Shown one piece after another: positions 45,796 to 58,721 of a stretch of DNA of 64,000 nt (its first letter is position 1; each line of letters starts with the position of its first letter). Made by a program: the position numbers and the translations under genes. The DNA is from Eledone cirrhosa. Lineage: Eukaryota. The notes below the pieces were generated by a model that made no database searches, had not been told where the DNA came from, and saw nothing but the letters and a program-made list of their open reading frames with translations. Location: positions 3,596,001-3,660,000 of the forward strand of contig OZ024761.1 of NCBI GenBank assembly GCA_964016885.1, in the 5' to 3' direction.

Positions 45796-48359
45796 GTGAA
45801 GCTCAGAGATAAAGGAGTCGCTACTTCTCCGCATCAAGAGTTCACAGTTCTGGTACTCGGACCTGTGGTTAGAATGTCTATGGTCAAAATTGCTGGACAG
45901 ATGTTACGGGCAAAGCCAAATGGCAGGAGACTGAGGCAGACCACAAAGCAAATAATTTTGAAAATAATCAAGAATTTGGAGGGATTTATAAATATAATAA
46001 TCATTTTCATTATTAACCTACTTTTAATGACAAATTGCCTATGGTTCTATGAAACAAAACCAACCATTTAAAAGGGTTCCTATTTAACCCTTTTAATGCC
46101 AAACTGCCTATGGTTCTATGAAACCAACCATTTTAAGTGGTTCCACTATAAATTAAAATCTTCCAAACATAATTTGATACAAGAACTTTTTGTTAAGATA
46201 TGTTCCAAATATCTTAAAACAATTTTAGTAAATCCCTCCAAATTCTTCATTATATCAAACAGAATATTTTATTAGAAATATGGTAATGGAAAAATTAAAC
46301 TGGTGGTTGGAACATAACTCAACAAAGGTTCTTCCATAAAATTATGACATCTAAACACTTTAAAATAAACAGATTTGTATGATGCAACCAGGGGCAATAT
46401 CAAGCAGTTTTGGTATCAAACGAGAATAAAAGTGGTATCTTAAACCTTTACCATTTACATTAATCTATATTTACTATCATATTTTCACGGTAAAGCTTTT
46501 ATCTCACATAATATCGAATCTATGAGATTTTGATATTATTTTGAGAACAATACCTTAACATAAGCATGAGCAGCCAGTTACAGCCTGTTTGAACAGAAAG
46601 AGGTGAGAGAATTCTGGTCTGATGTGGCCTGTTTAAATGCTAAAGGGTGAAGAAGACAACAGCCTGATACATTGGGACTATAATAACCAAGATGAGGACA
46701 CTAGTCCAAATAAACTAGTGTAGAACCATTTACAATACCAGTGTGACAATAGTTTCACTTGAACATAGTACCATACTTCTACTGCAAAGAAATAGGACAC
46801 TTCTGTGACCTTGAAGCAGAAACAATATCCATTTAAACTATACCTATATCAAGACAAACTCAGACATAATTCATTCATTATCATCGTTTAACCATTTTGT
46901 TACCATATTTGCAACATCCTGCCTTCCATCACTTGTGAAACCAGAGAGGTGAGGGAGTCACTCCAAGTAGAACCACTACCTCTCCGATTTGAGAGATCAC
47001 AACACCAATACTACAGACGGGGTTAGAATGTCAAAGGAAAAGAAATTACTGGATAGATTTTACAGGTAAAACCAACTGGCAGGAGACTCGGGAGCAGACC
47101 CCAAACAAGATGGTTGGATAACATTCATGAGTTCAGCGAGTCTTACTTGAGAATGAAGGCAGATCTATCCAGAGACAGTTGCTTCTGACAGACCCACTAG
47201 GAGACATGCTCAAAGACTTGCTCCACGACCCTCCCTGGTAAAGTAGGTGAAGAGGATTACCACACCTTTTAGTGAAATAAACTGCCTACATGTTTAATTA
47301 ATTTTGAAAACAACCAAAATTTTGGAGGAATCTAATAAAATAACTGCACCTATCTTACATATTCTAGTGACTAAATTATTGATTATTACTATTGCGGTGG
47401 TGAGTGTTGGTTAATGCAGTTGAGAAAGGCATCAACATCACAACTTGCTGGTTTTCTGCCTAAATTAGAAACCACTATTATTATTGTTGTTAGGGCAGTG
47501 GAATAGCAGGATTAGTAGAGCATCTGACACCATGCTTTGTAGCTTACAGTTTGTCCCTTTACGTTCAAATATTGCTACGGTTAGCTTTGCCTTTCATCCT
47601 TACAGGGTCGGTAAAATAAAGTACCAGTAATGCACTGAGGTTGATTTAATTACTTTTCTCTTCCCCAAAAAATTGTTGGCCTCGTGCCTAAATCAGAAAT
47701 TATGATTATTATTATTATTATTGTTATTATTATCCCTGACTTCACAGGTAATGCCCAAATTTCTACCATCACTAATACTGCAAGAATCCTGAGTGACATA
47801 TTAAGCTTCTAAGGGACTGAGGCCAATTAATACACTTCATCTAGCAGCCAATTACTAGTTTTTGAAAACATTCAGAGTTCAAATCACACCAGGTTAACTT
47901 TGCCTTTCATCCTTACGGGGATCAATAAAATAAAGTACCAGTAATACACTGGATTCAATTTAATCGACCTTCCCCTCCCCCAAAATTGCTGGCCTCGTGC
48001 CTAAATCAGAAACCATTATAATTATAAGAAAACTTGTATTTTGTTTAGTAATTGCTAAAATTGCCTGATAACATGTAAGATCCCATATATTAACAGCCGG
48101 ATGTAGTGACGTCCATGACATGTTTGTGTTCCTTCCTGTTCCACAGAAGTTTGGTGAGTGATGTGAATGGAATGGTCTCAAACAGACAGACAGACAGACA
48201 CATAAACAACAGAGAGGAGCAGACAGAGTTAGAATGAGAGAGAGACTTAAACAACCGAAACTAACAGCTGCAGAGAGAGAGGCAGAGTCAAACAGACAGA
48301 CACAGGCATAAACAACAGACAGAAAGCTGGAGAGAGAGAAAGAAGCAGCTAGAGAGAGG

Positions 48360-48400
<41 letters not shown>

Positions 48401-48649
48401 CTAGGGGAAAAGGTAAAATTGAAAAAGAATATCAGAAGAAAGTAAACTCTGGCAAAAGAAAGAAGCATTCAATACAGACAGAAAAACCAACCAACAATAA
48501 CAGAAAAGTGAAAAACAATAGTAGAGGGTGGGGGCAATATTTGAGGAAGAAGGGGTTATATGGTGTACACAAGAGAAATAATACCAAACCCTTTAGTTAG
48601 TGAATAGAGCCAGCTATGGAACACAGCAGGACAGGGAGAAGGGGCGAGA

Positions 48650-50470
48650 CATTGAGACCAGAGACTGGAGTATAGAGAACAACATTAGACTGGGGTAGAT
48701 ATTGAGACCAGAGACTGGGGTATAGAGAACAACATTAGACTGGGGTAGATATTGAGACCAGAGACTGGGGTATAGAGAATAACATTAGACTGGGGTAGAT
48801 ATTGAGACTAGAGACTGGGGTATAGAGAATAACATTAGACTGGGGTAGATATTGAGACCAGAGACTGGGGTAAACATTGAGACCAGAGACTGAGGTATAG
48901 AGAGCATTAGACTGGGGTAGATATTAAGACCAGAGACTGGGGTAAACATTGAGACCAAAGACTGGGGTATAGAGAGCATTAGACTGGGGTATAGAGAGCA
49001 TTAGACTGGGGTAGATATTGAGACCAGAGACTGGGGTAGATATTGAGACCAAAGACTGGGGTAGATATTGAGACCAAAGACTGGGGTAGATATTGAGACC
49101 AAAGACTGGGGTAGATATTGAGACCAAAGACTGGGGTATAGAGAACAACATTAGACTGGGGTAGATATTGAGACCAGAGACTGGGGTATAGAGAACATTA
49201 GACTGGGGTAGATATTGAGACCAGAGACTGGGGTATAGAGAACAACATTAGACTGGGGTAGATATTGAGACCAGAGACTGGGGTACAGAGAATAACATTA
49301 GACTGGGGTAGATATTGAGACCAGAGACTGGGGTAGATATTGAGACCAGAGACTGGGGTAGATATCGAGACCAGAGACTGGGGTACAGAGAACAACATTA
49401 GACAGGGGTAGATATTGAGACCAGAGACTGGGGTATAGAGAACATTAGACTGGGGTAGATATTGAGACCAGAGACTGGGGTACAGAGAACAACATTAGAC
49501 TGGGGTAAATATTGAGACCAGAGACTGGGGTATGGAGAACAACATTAGACTGGGGTAAATATTGAGACCAGAGACTGGGGTACAGAGAACAACATTAGAC
49601 TGGGGTAAATATTGAGACCAGAGACTGGGGTATAGAGAACAACATTAGACTGGGGTAAATATTGAGACCAGAACTGGGGTACAGAGAACAACATTAGACT
49701 GGGGTAAATATTGAGACCAGAGACTGGGGTACAGAGAACAACATTAGACTGGGGTAAATATTGAGACCAGAGACTGGGGTATAGAGAACAACATTAGACT
49801 GGGGTAAATATTGAGACCAGAGACTGGGGTATAGAGAACAACATTAGACTGGGGTAAATATTGAGACCAGAGACTGGGGTACAGAGAACAACATTAGACT
49901 GGGGTAAATATTGAGACCAGAGACTGGGGTATAGAGAACAACATTAGACTGGGGTAAATATTGAGACCAGAGACTGGGGTATAGAGAACAACATTAGACT
50001 GGGGTAAATATTGAGACCAGAGACTGGGGTACAGAGAACAACATTAGACTGGGGTAAATATTGAGACCAGAGACTGGGGTATAGAGAACAACATTAGACT
50101 GGGGTAAATATTGAGACCAGAGACTGGGGTATAGAGAACAACATTAGACTGGGGTAAATATTGAGACCAGAGACTGGGGTACAGAGAACAACATTAGACT
50201 GGGGTAAATATTGAGACCAGAGACTGGGGTATAGAGAACAACATTAGACTGGGGTAAATATTGAGACCAGAGACTGGGGTATAGAGAACAACATTAGACT
50301 GGGGTAAATATTGAGACCAGAGACTGGGGTACAGAGAACAACATTAGACTGGGGTAAATATTGAGACCAGAGACTGGGGTATAGAGAACAACATTAGACT
50401 GGGGTAAATATTGAGACCAGAGACTGGGGTAAATATTGAGACCAGAGACTGGGGTACAGAGAACAACATA
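48650..50470. repeat. 50-bp minisatellite built from two ~25-bp subunits
   Basis: gactggggtaaatattgagaccaga plus gactggggtatagagaacaacatta. Confidence 0.95.
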
Positions 50471-51869
50471 GACTGACAGAAACGTGGAAAGTAAATCTGC
50501 CAGCTTTAAAAAAAGTGTAAGTGGGAGAGATGTAAACAAGAGACAGACAGACACACAGGTGTAAACAACAGACAGCTAGAGAGAGGGAGACAGGCGTGTA
50601 TCTTGTGTGAGAAAGAGAACGTGTATGTGTATGAGTGTTTGTAATAGATATATATAGTGTGTGTGTGTGTGTTTGTGAATACGAGGGTGTGCATGTGTGT
50701 GTGTTTGTGAATACGAGGGTGTGCATGTGTGTGTGTTTGTGAATACGAGGGTGTGCATGTGTGTGTGTGATTATAGGTCTGAGTACTTGGATGTGCATCT
50801 GTGTTTGAGTACATTAGGTGTGCATATGAGTACATGTGTGTGTGCGAGTGTATACAGACACAAACAACCCTGATGGCACACACACAAATATACACACACA
50901 CACACACACACACATTAAATGATGAATCATCGAAATAGTTGTTTGTGTTTACTCCCAAACTGTAGTAAGGAGGAATGGTGGGAGGAGAAGGGTGGGTCGT
51001 TGTTAGGAGAGAGAGAGGGAGACAGGGAGAGAGAGAGGGAGACAGGGAGAGAGAGGGAGACAGGGAGAGAGAGAGGGAGACAGGGAGAGAGAGGGAGACA
51101 GGGAGAGAGAGGGAGACAGGGAGAGGAGATAGAGAGAGGGAGACAGGGAGAGGAGATAGACAGGTAGAGGCTTATAGAGAGGAAGAGAGAGAGAGGTAGA
51201 GGCTTATAGAGAGAGACAGATATAGAGAGGGAGAGGTAAAAGGGGAGAGAGAAGAATACCCCCCCCCCACACACACACACATAACTTGCTAGAAATAGTA
51301 ACCAAATCTCCCTCAATTCCTACTAACGTCATTAAAAAAGATCCCAGTTAAGTAGTAGATTATACCAGAAAGGAAGGCTGGGATGGTCATGGCTGGAAGT
51401 CTTCAGTAATAACAGTAAAAACACGTAATTAATGGAGTGGTTGTTTTCCTTGATAAATACAATTCTAAGATTGTGTGTGTATATATGTTTATGTTTGTGT
51501 GTGGGGTGTATATACATGTGTGTGTTTGTGTGGGATGTATATATATACATACACACACGTATATATATATGTGTGTGTGTGTGTGGCTATATATGTATGT
51601 GTGTAATTACATATATATACATGTACATACATACACACATAAATGGTAGTGTATGTATGTATGTATGTATGTATGTATGTATGTATATATACAGTCACAC
51701 GTTTGTGTATGTGTGTTTCACATTTAGATTATGTAATATATTTAGTCTACAAGAGAGCAGCTGACATATCTCTCTCTACATTATACCAAAGCACAAAGAT
51801 TATAGATAGATAGATAGATAGATAGATGGATATATAGATATATAGATGGATATATAGATAGATATATAA

Positions 51870-52165
51870 ATTTCTTTATTAGCCACAAGGGCACAAAAGA
51901 AGGGGACAAATACAAATGGGGAATTTATATACAGGTATATGAAAATAAAACTATTAATAAAATAACAAATAACAATTGAAATCCCAATAAGGGGGGGGGG
52001 GGGCGTTAGACAGGGGTTGTACACACCCCGAAAAAAATGTTCAACCCTCATCTCCAGGAGCGGGCCAGCTTTGCCACATTCACCCACCTTTCATAAAATT
52101 TGCTGGAGTACAGCACCTCTCTCTCCATCCTGATTCTTCTTCCAAAATGATATTTGAAAAAACGA
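51870..52165 (-). mobile_element. Probable Tx1/L1-clade LINE 3' fragment inserted in (TAGA)n
   Basis: RFFKYHFGRRIRMEREVLYSSKFYERWVNVAKLARSWR* (52164-52048), C- and T-rich 3' UTR, AATAAA at 51880-51875. (TAGA)n on both sides. Confidence 0.6.
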
Positions 52166-52553
52166 GAGATAGATAGATAGATATGCTATATTTAATATAT
52201 TATATCATATATTGGTTAAAATGATTAGCTTCCAGCAAACTACCTGGCCGTCACCAGACAATGTAGCTGTACCATACGTTGATGATACACACACCTACAC
52301 ATGTATGTATGTATAGACACGGATATGTGTGTGTGTGAGTACACATCTATATGTGCATACATCATCATCCGCTTTCCCTGCATATACACACTAATATATA
52401 CAATCATATACACACACGTATATATATATATATATATATAATAATCGATATAAATCGCCTTATGTGCTGAGGTATTTCTAATCATATGCCTGGTCACCGA
52501 TCTGTCCAGTTTGTCTACCAGCATATCAGGAAAAAATGATACATTTTCTATAT

Positions 52554-52629
52554 ATTTTGTCTGAGGAGAACATGTTTTGCTTTATGTTATACATAGAACT
52601 TTACATCTTCGAAATATATATAATCAAAT
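52554..52629 (+). ncRNA. Hammerhead-like motif with long stem II (family F-like)
   Basis: attttgt CTGAGGA GAA(C)ATGT...ACAT(C)TTC GAAA T-ATAT-A TA atcaaat, in an element bounded by (TA)n at 52440 and 52680. Confidence 0.55.
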
Positions 52630-52675
52630 AAATAGAAATAATATAAAGTAATTATCTTTTGTTTATTACTATTAC

Positions 52676-52722
<47 letters not shown>

Positions 52723-53716
52723 GGAGGTGAGTTTTATTGTAGTACAATAAAGCAATGCAGATATCGGATAAGAAGCACTCTACAGTTTGTGGGACTGGAG
52801 TATGCATAATATAAGATCAAAAGATGGTTAAAGGAGTTCAATATATTTTATTATGCGCATTTCAAAAACAAACATCATCAAACAATAATATTTGTGTTTT
52901 CATCCTGATGTTTTATCTGATGAAAACACAAATATTATTGTTTGATGATGTTTGTTTTTGAAATGCGCATAATAAAATATATTGAACTCCTTTAACCATC
53001 TTTTGATCTTATATATATATATATATATATACATACATTCACGTATATTATACGTATACATTTACACAAACACGCATACACACACATAAATATGAATATA
53101 TATACATATATATATAGGAGGGGTCCTCTATATGGTCAAGTGACCGATATTTTCCTCACAGCACCTCGTAGCAGGAAGGACATATTGTATGAGACATATA
53201 TATATAATGTAGGAGAAGACGATGGTGGGATGGTCAGAACTTGATTGTCATTCATCTAAAACCTGCCAGACAACAAACAATATTACAACACTTATATGAA
53301 CATATTTAGGATGTATGTATGGATGTGTATATATATATATTTACACACACACAGATTAACATATTTAGGATGTATGTATATATATATATATATTTACACA
53401 CACACAGATGAACATATTTAGGATGTATGTATGGATGTGTATATATTTACACACACACAGATTAACATATTTAGGATGTATGTATGGATGTGTATATATA
53501 TATATTTACACACACACAGATGAACATACTTAGAATGTATGTATGTATATGTACACACATATACATATATATATCAGTGATTCTGTGATAAGCCTGCAAA
53601 ACGGAGAGTAAATGTTTCAGTAGATATTTGTTAGGGTGGGTTAGCTATGTTACCTTTTCGACCCCTAATTTAAAGATAAAGGGACAGAAAGCTAGTTAAG
53701 AGATCAATATACTTAC

Positions 53717-53830
53717 TTTAAGAAAATAAATAGCCATTGTAAAGATAGTGAAATAATGAGATGTTTAAAACTAAGAACGACACAACTTCCCTCACAAACA
53801 ACGGCTGACGTCAATCTACAGGAAGTAACT
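53717..53830 (-). promoter_or_regulatory. PAFAH1B1: Probable LIS1 promoter and non-coding exon 1
   Basis: Perfect donor AAA|gtaagt at 53716-53711 on the minus strand. CRE palindrome TGACGTCA at 53806-53813. ETS-type GGAAGT cores at 53785-53790 and 53821-53826. Unique sequence island upstream of the ATG exon. Confidence 0.55.
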
Positions 53831-53851
53831 GGCTGCCAGTGTGAACGTTGC

Positions 53852-54195
53852 AGTGGTAGTAGTAACAGTAGTGGTGGTGGTGCCAGTAGTAATAGTAGTG
53901 GTGATGGTGGTAGTAGTAATAGTAGTGGTGGCAGTGGTAATAGTAGTGGTGGTGGTAGTAGTGGTGGCAGTGGTAATAGTAGTGGTGGTAGTAGTAGTAG
54001 TAATAGTAGTGGCTGTGATGGTGGTGGAAGTGGTGGTGGTGGCTGTGGTGGTGGTGGCAGTGGTAGTGGTGGTAGTAGTAGTAGTAATAGTAGTGGTGGC
54101 TATGGTAGTAGTAGTAGTAATAGTAGCTGTAGTGGTGTTAATAGTAGTAGTTGTAGTAGCACTAGAAACAATAGTAGTGGTAGTGGTAGCAGTAC
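53852..54195. repeat. (GGT/AGT)n trinucleotide tract
   Basis: Low complexity; a similar tract lies at 1-185. Confidence 0.9.
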
Positions 54196-54422
54196 AGGTG
54201 CTAGTGACATTAATAAATAGCGAGACTTCTTAGATTGACACAAGACCAGGAAATTTGTGGAGGAAAAGAAAATATCGGTAAAGTCAACCTCCGTACATAA
54301 CTAGTACTTTATCAACTCTGAAGGATGGTAAAGTTGACCTCCGTGGGATTTGAACTCAGAACAAAATACTGGTGTCATTTGTCTGACTCTCTAACGATTT
54401 TGCCAATCTCTCTCTCGATATG

Positions 54423-54510
<88 letters not shown>

Positions 54511-54790
54511 TGAAAAACATGGGCGGAGGTGGTGAAAGCAGACGTCACGATCGCTGAAACTCACGGAAGAGGTGACGCAGGACCGTGACAAGTGCTGAAT
54601 AGGACCCGTCCCACCCTTGCAAGCAGGAAAACGCGGACGTAAAATGATCATGATGATACACACACATACAGTGAGAATTTAAAGTAGGAGAATCAAGTTA
54701 CATCTATTAAATACGTTTATTCCTTTGATTATATATATTCATACTAATGATAAAAAGGACGCAGTGTTGGGTCTTCATTACGTTTATTGA

Positions 54791-54824
54791 GGTTTGACGC
54801 GCGTTTCGCGATTGATCAGCTCAA
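54791..54824 (-). ncRNA. 5'-truncated minimal hammerhead (family H)
   Basis: tGA GC-TGATCAATC-GC GAAA C-GCGC-G TC aaacc followed by AATAAA. GAAAC-GCGC-GTC is the classic palindromic minimal stem III. Confidence 0.5.
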
Positions 54825-55012
54825 AGTTCTTTCTCTCTGTCTCTTTCGGGGGGGGGGGGGGGTCCGTAACTCGTAGGAGCGCCCGCATTGAGATACGGCG
54901 TTTCTTGGGAATTTTATTTTTTTATCAACCTCGAAAGGATGAAAGACAAAGTTGACCTCAGCCGGATTTGAACTCGGGGAGCAGAGACGAATACCATAAA
55001 ACATTCTCTCGT

Positions 55013-55205
55013 ACAGCGGTGGATTGGTAGTATCGGTAGAGGGTCGGACGCCATGTTTTGAAGCATAGAGTTACATCCCTTTACGATCTGAGTTCAAATC
55101 CCGCCGAGGTTTACTTTGCCTTTCATCCTTACGGGGTTGATAAAATAAAGTACCAGTAATGCACTGGGTATGTTGCTGGCCTTGTGCCTAAAGTAGAAAC
55201 AATTA
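55013..55205 (+). mobile_element. Meta/MESC-core SINE
   Basis: Near-identical to 29580-29770. Confidence 0.85.
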
Positions 55206-55750
55206 TATATTAAACCAATACAAACACACACGGAGAGGGGGTATTTTTAGAAAGGACAGGCAAAAATGGCAAGAACCAGTGGTATTAAACCTGCCGCCAG
55301 GGGGCGGGGGTAAGTAAACAGACCTTGAGAAAAGCCTAGGGTCCGTGGAATAATTCATTTGAACAAAAGGAGTCGTTGGTAGTGGAACGGTTAGACATAT
55401 GACTAGAAGTAAACGGGAAGAGAGAGACAGATGAGAACAGAGAGGGGGGGGGACAGACATACAAAGAGAGAGCAGAGGGAAGAGAGAGAGAGAGAGACAG
55501 ACATGTCTAAAGTTGCCACGACAGTTTAGCAAAAATTAAAACTTCCAATCCACGTCATTCATTTATATAATTTTTAGTTTAGGTTTTGGAGTTGTCTTTC
55601 TTGGCAAAACTAATTATTCAGGTTTTATCATGGTTGTCATTTTAATTAAAAATATGTTCCAATTGTCAATCCTATCTTAGTCTCTAAAGTATTAGGTTGG
55701 TTACAGTTAGTACATTTACACATAGTTCTGTAGATACACATTTTAAAGTA

Positions 55751-56205
55751 CAGGGGTGCTGAAAAGTTCTTGAATTTAGGGGTAAAAGAAAATACAGGAG
55801 AATCAGTTAATTATGATTTTATTCAACATATTCCCCTCTCAGATTCACACATTTATTGCAGCAGTCCTACCTCCCCAGTAAAGGTAACAGCTCCACCCTT
55901 TCGTGAGTTATTGTAGCAGTCCTACCTCCCCTGTAAAGATAACACCTACCATTTCATAACATTTATTGCAGCAGTCCTACCTCCCCTGTAAAGGTAACAC
56001 CTCTACCCTTTCGCGAGTTATTGTAGCAGACCTACCTCCCCTGTAAAGGTAACAGCTCTACCATTTTGTGACAGTTATTGCAGTGGTCCTACCTCCCCTG
56101 TAAAGGTAACTACCATTTCATGAGTTATTGCGACCCTACCTCCCCTGTAGAGGTAACTCCTCTACCCTTTCGCAATACCCTTAAAATCAGGAAATTTTCA
56201 GAAAT
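55751..56205. mobile_element. Mariner-derived MITE remnant with an internal ~58-bp minisatellite
   Basis: TA|caggggtgctgaaaagttct at the left; degenerate inverse caggaaattttcag at the right. Repeats of ttattgcagcagtcctacctcccctgtaaaggtaac at 55853-56175. Confidence 0.55.
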
Positions 56206-56536
56206 ATGTGTGTAACATTATAAAAAATAAAAAAAATAAAACTTTGCTTTCAACAAATTTGCTGACTGAAAAGATCAGTGGCATTCCAGACATGACTACC
56301 ACATCAGTTTATAGATATAGTACAAGACAGGAAGCTCTAGTCATTTTTAGTAGGTCGAGCGACTATGTAAACTCTTAGTATGTTTATACTGATATAAAAT
56401 ATGGTTATAGGGTTACAACTGGTTACCTTTATATAATATGGTTACAGATGATCGCCCATATTAAATAATGTATGGTTCTGGTTAGCCACTCACAGCTCTG
56501 CTTCATTATGCCTAAACATCAAACTATATATATATA

Positions 56537-57550
56537 CTAGCATTAAAGCCCGGCGTTGCTTGGGGTCAGTAAGTTACCCATTTTATGGCAGCCAGGCACT
56601 GGGTGAATGAATTGCAGGCCTGGACTGCCGAAGCAGGAGCTGCGCCAGCAGTGACAATTGTAGTTTCGCCTATGGATATTATCTCTGTGCAAAGAAGTGT
56701 TAAAATTTATTGTTTCACAGTACTTGCGCAACACGCTCGCGTGTAGCCGATGCCAGCCGAACAACAGAGCTGCGATGGAGTTGTTCTGCATGGTTGTCTA
56801 ATGTGTTTTCTAAATTTAAGAGGGTGTGATATGGGGGAGGGGTGTGATATGGGGGAGAGATAGCTGCTGTTTCTAACAGGTTTAGTGACCTCATAGAGGA
56901 TATGTGTTTTCTAAATTTAAGACAGTAGGGAGGGGTGTGATATGGGGGAGAGTTAGCTGCTGTTTCTAGCAGGTTTAGTGACCTCATAGAGGATATTATT
57001 GTGTATAGTAAATAAACTGATACTTCTTTCTTCCACGTTCGTTGAGAGATGTTTTAAAAAAGATTTATCCCTATTTCTTTTGTTCTTGAATAAATTTATC
57101 TGTTGCTTTTGAATAATTGTTGTTTGGTATGAAATGTAATAAGTTCTCTTCGTTGTCATTGAAGTCAATAAATGTTTGACTGTTCCACACTCAAAAACAA
57201 ACGTTCTCTCTCTCTCTCTCCATTTCTTTCTCTCTTCTTTCTTCCGAGTTCCTAAAGGAAGTTTGTAAGTTTAAGCGTATATAAGAGAAAGTTGCAGCAT
57301 GTATGTAGTTTTATCGAGTTTTAAGGGGAGTAGAGAGAGGATATCAGATTGTATTAGAGGGGTAAAGCGTCATGTTTTATCAATTATTTCCGTAATTGTG
57401 GGCGAGTTGGAAAAATATAAATAGTCGTTGACTTATGTTAGACCATTTACAACATTCATACAGACTGAGTCGAATTGGTTTGAAATTGTGCAAATGTATA
57501 AATATGAAACATGCACACACACACAACAACAACAATCTGCCTTTTATAGA
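56537..57550 (-). mobile_element. Non-autonomous Helitron-like element
   Basis: Minus-strand 3' end ccaagcaacgccggg (imperfect hairpin)...CTAG|T at 56537. Candidate 5' end A|TC at 57550, next to an (ac)n tract. Confidence 0.55.
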
Positions 57551-57729
57551 TAATGCTATATATATATATATATGTATGTATGTATACATATATATTCAGT
57601 GTGGTCTAGCCTTGGTGGTAAGGTCTGTACCATAGATAGAACTCAATGTAATCTGATGGGGAGTAATCCATAGAAAGGTTCCATGTTCCGCTGAGTTAAT
57701 TCTTTAGATACAGAGTCAGATATTAGATA

Positions 57730-57986
57730 TGAATTCATGTGTATAAGAGATATAAACTGTAATGTGTGGGAGAGAAGACTGCGTTGGTATGGCTGTGTGA
57801 TGCGCATGGAAGATGACCACTGAGTGAAGAAGTGCTAAGAAATCCCAGTGGAAGGAAGACCAGGGAAAACATTGCTGAAGCTCAGAGGAGATGACGGGGA
57901 ACCGTGACGAATGGAGAGATGATGGGTTGAAGAGGACCCATCCCACACTTGCAAGCTGGTAAAAGCGGATATAATATGATGATGAT
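57730..57986 (+). mobile_element. Decayed RTE LINE 3' fragment
   Basis: agaagactgcgttggtatgg...ggaagaccagggaaaac...ttgcaagctggtaaaagcggat, (TGA)n tail. Confidence 0.7.
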
Positions 57987-57987
57987 G

Positions 57988-58023
<36 letters not shown>

Positions 58024-58149
58024 TTGCCCTCTCATTATCAAGTTTGGCCATTACACGATATCATCATCATCATAATATCAATAATTATCAATTAATGCTA
58101 TCGTGCAATGCCTGTGCGTGAAGATTTATTTTTATGTGTATATATGTGT

Positions 58150-58443
58150 ATCATCATCATCATCATTTAACGTCCGCTTTTCCCTGCTTGCAAGGGTGGG
58201 ACGGGAACTGATTCTGGCTTGATTTCTACAGCTGGATGCCCTTCCTAACACCAACCTCATTTACAGTGAGTGCTGGGTGCTTTTTTGTCGTGGCACCTCC
58301 ACGGCCACTTTGCTGAGTAAACTGGAGCAATGCGAAATAAAGTGTCTTGCTCAAGGAAACAACACATCATCCGATCTGAGAATTGAACTCACAACCTTTC
58401 GATTGCAAGGCCAATGCTCTAACCACTAAGCCATGTGCCTCCA
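58150..58443 (-). mobile_element. tRNA-derived CORE-like SINE, internally deleted
   Basis: Reverse complement of the 31921-32258 family. Confidence 0.85.
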
Positions 58444-58682
58444 TGTGTATGTATATCATTTTATGTCCGCTTTTCCCTGCTATATACATACATACACATA
58501 TGTATATACATATATGTATATATATATACATACATGTATATACATATACATACATATATGTATATACATATACATACATATATGTATATACATATACATA
58601 CATATATACATATATGTATATACATATACATACATATATACATATAGTTGAAAATTGCAAACTCGACTGTCACCACACATTA

Positions 58683-58721
58683 TGAACCTGAAGATTGCGA
58701 AAGCATGAAAGTACTTGTTCA
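58683..58721 (+). ncRNA. Minimal type-I hammerhead ribozyme (family A, solo copy)
   Basis: Identical to 31747-31785, within a related element at 58647-58887. Confidence 0.75.

Noticed and set aside
46688-46715. gatga-ggac-acta-gtcc-aaa hammerhead-like string
   Set aside because: Both core segments are broken, there is no stem I/III and no TA context; could be chance.
53756-54220. Ser/Gly-rich ORF with a CQCERC motif
   Set aside because: Mostly (GGT/AGT)n; the unique part is better explained as the LIS1 promoter on the opposite strand.
54780-54910. CpG-rich patch as a possible promoter island
   Set aside because: Explained by a truncated hammerhead element and an adjacent SINE tail.
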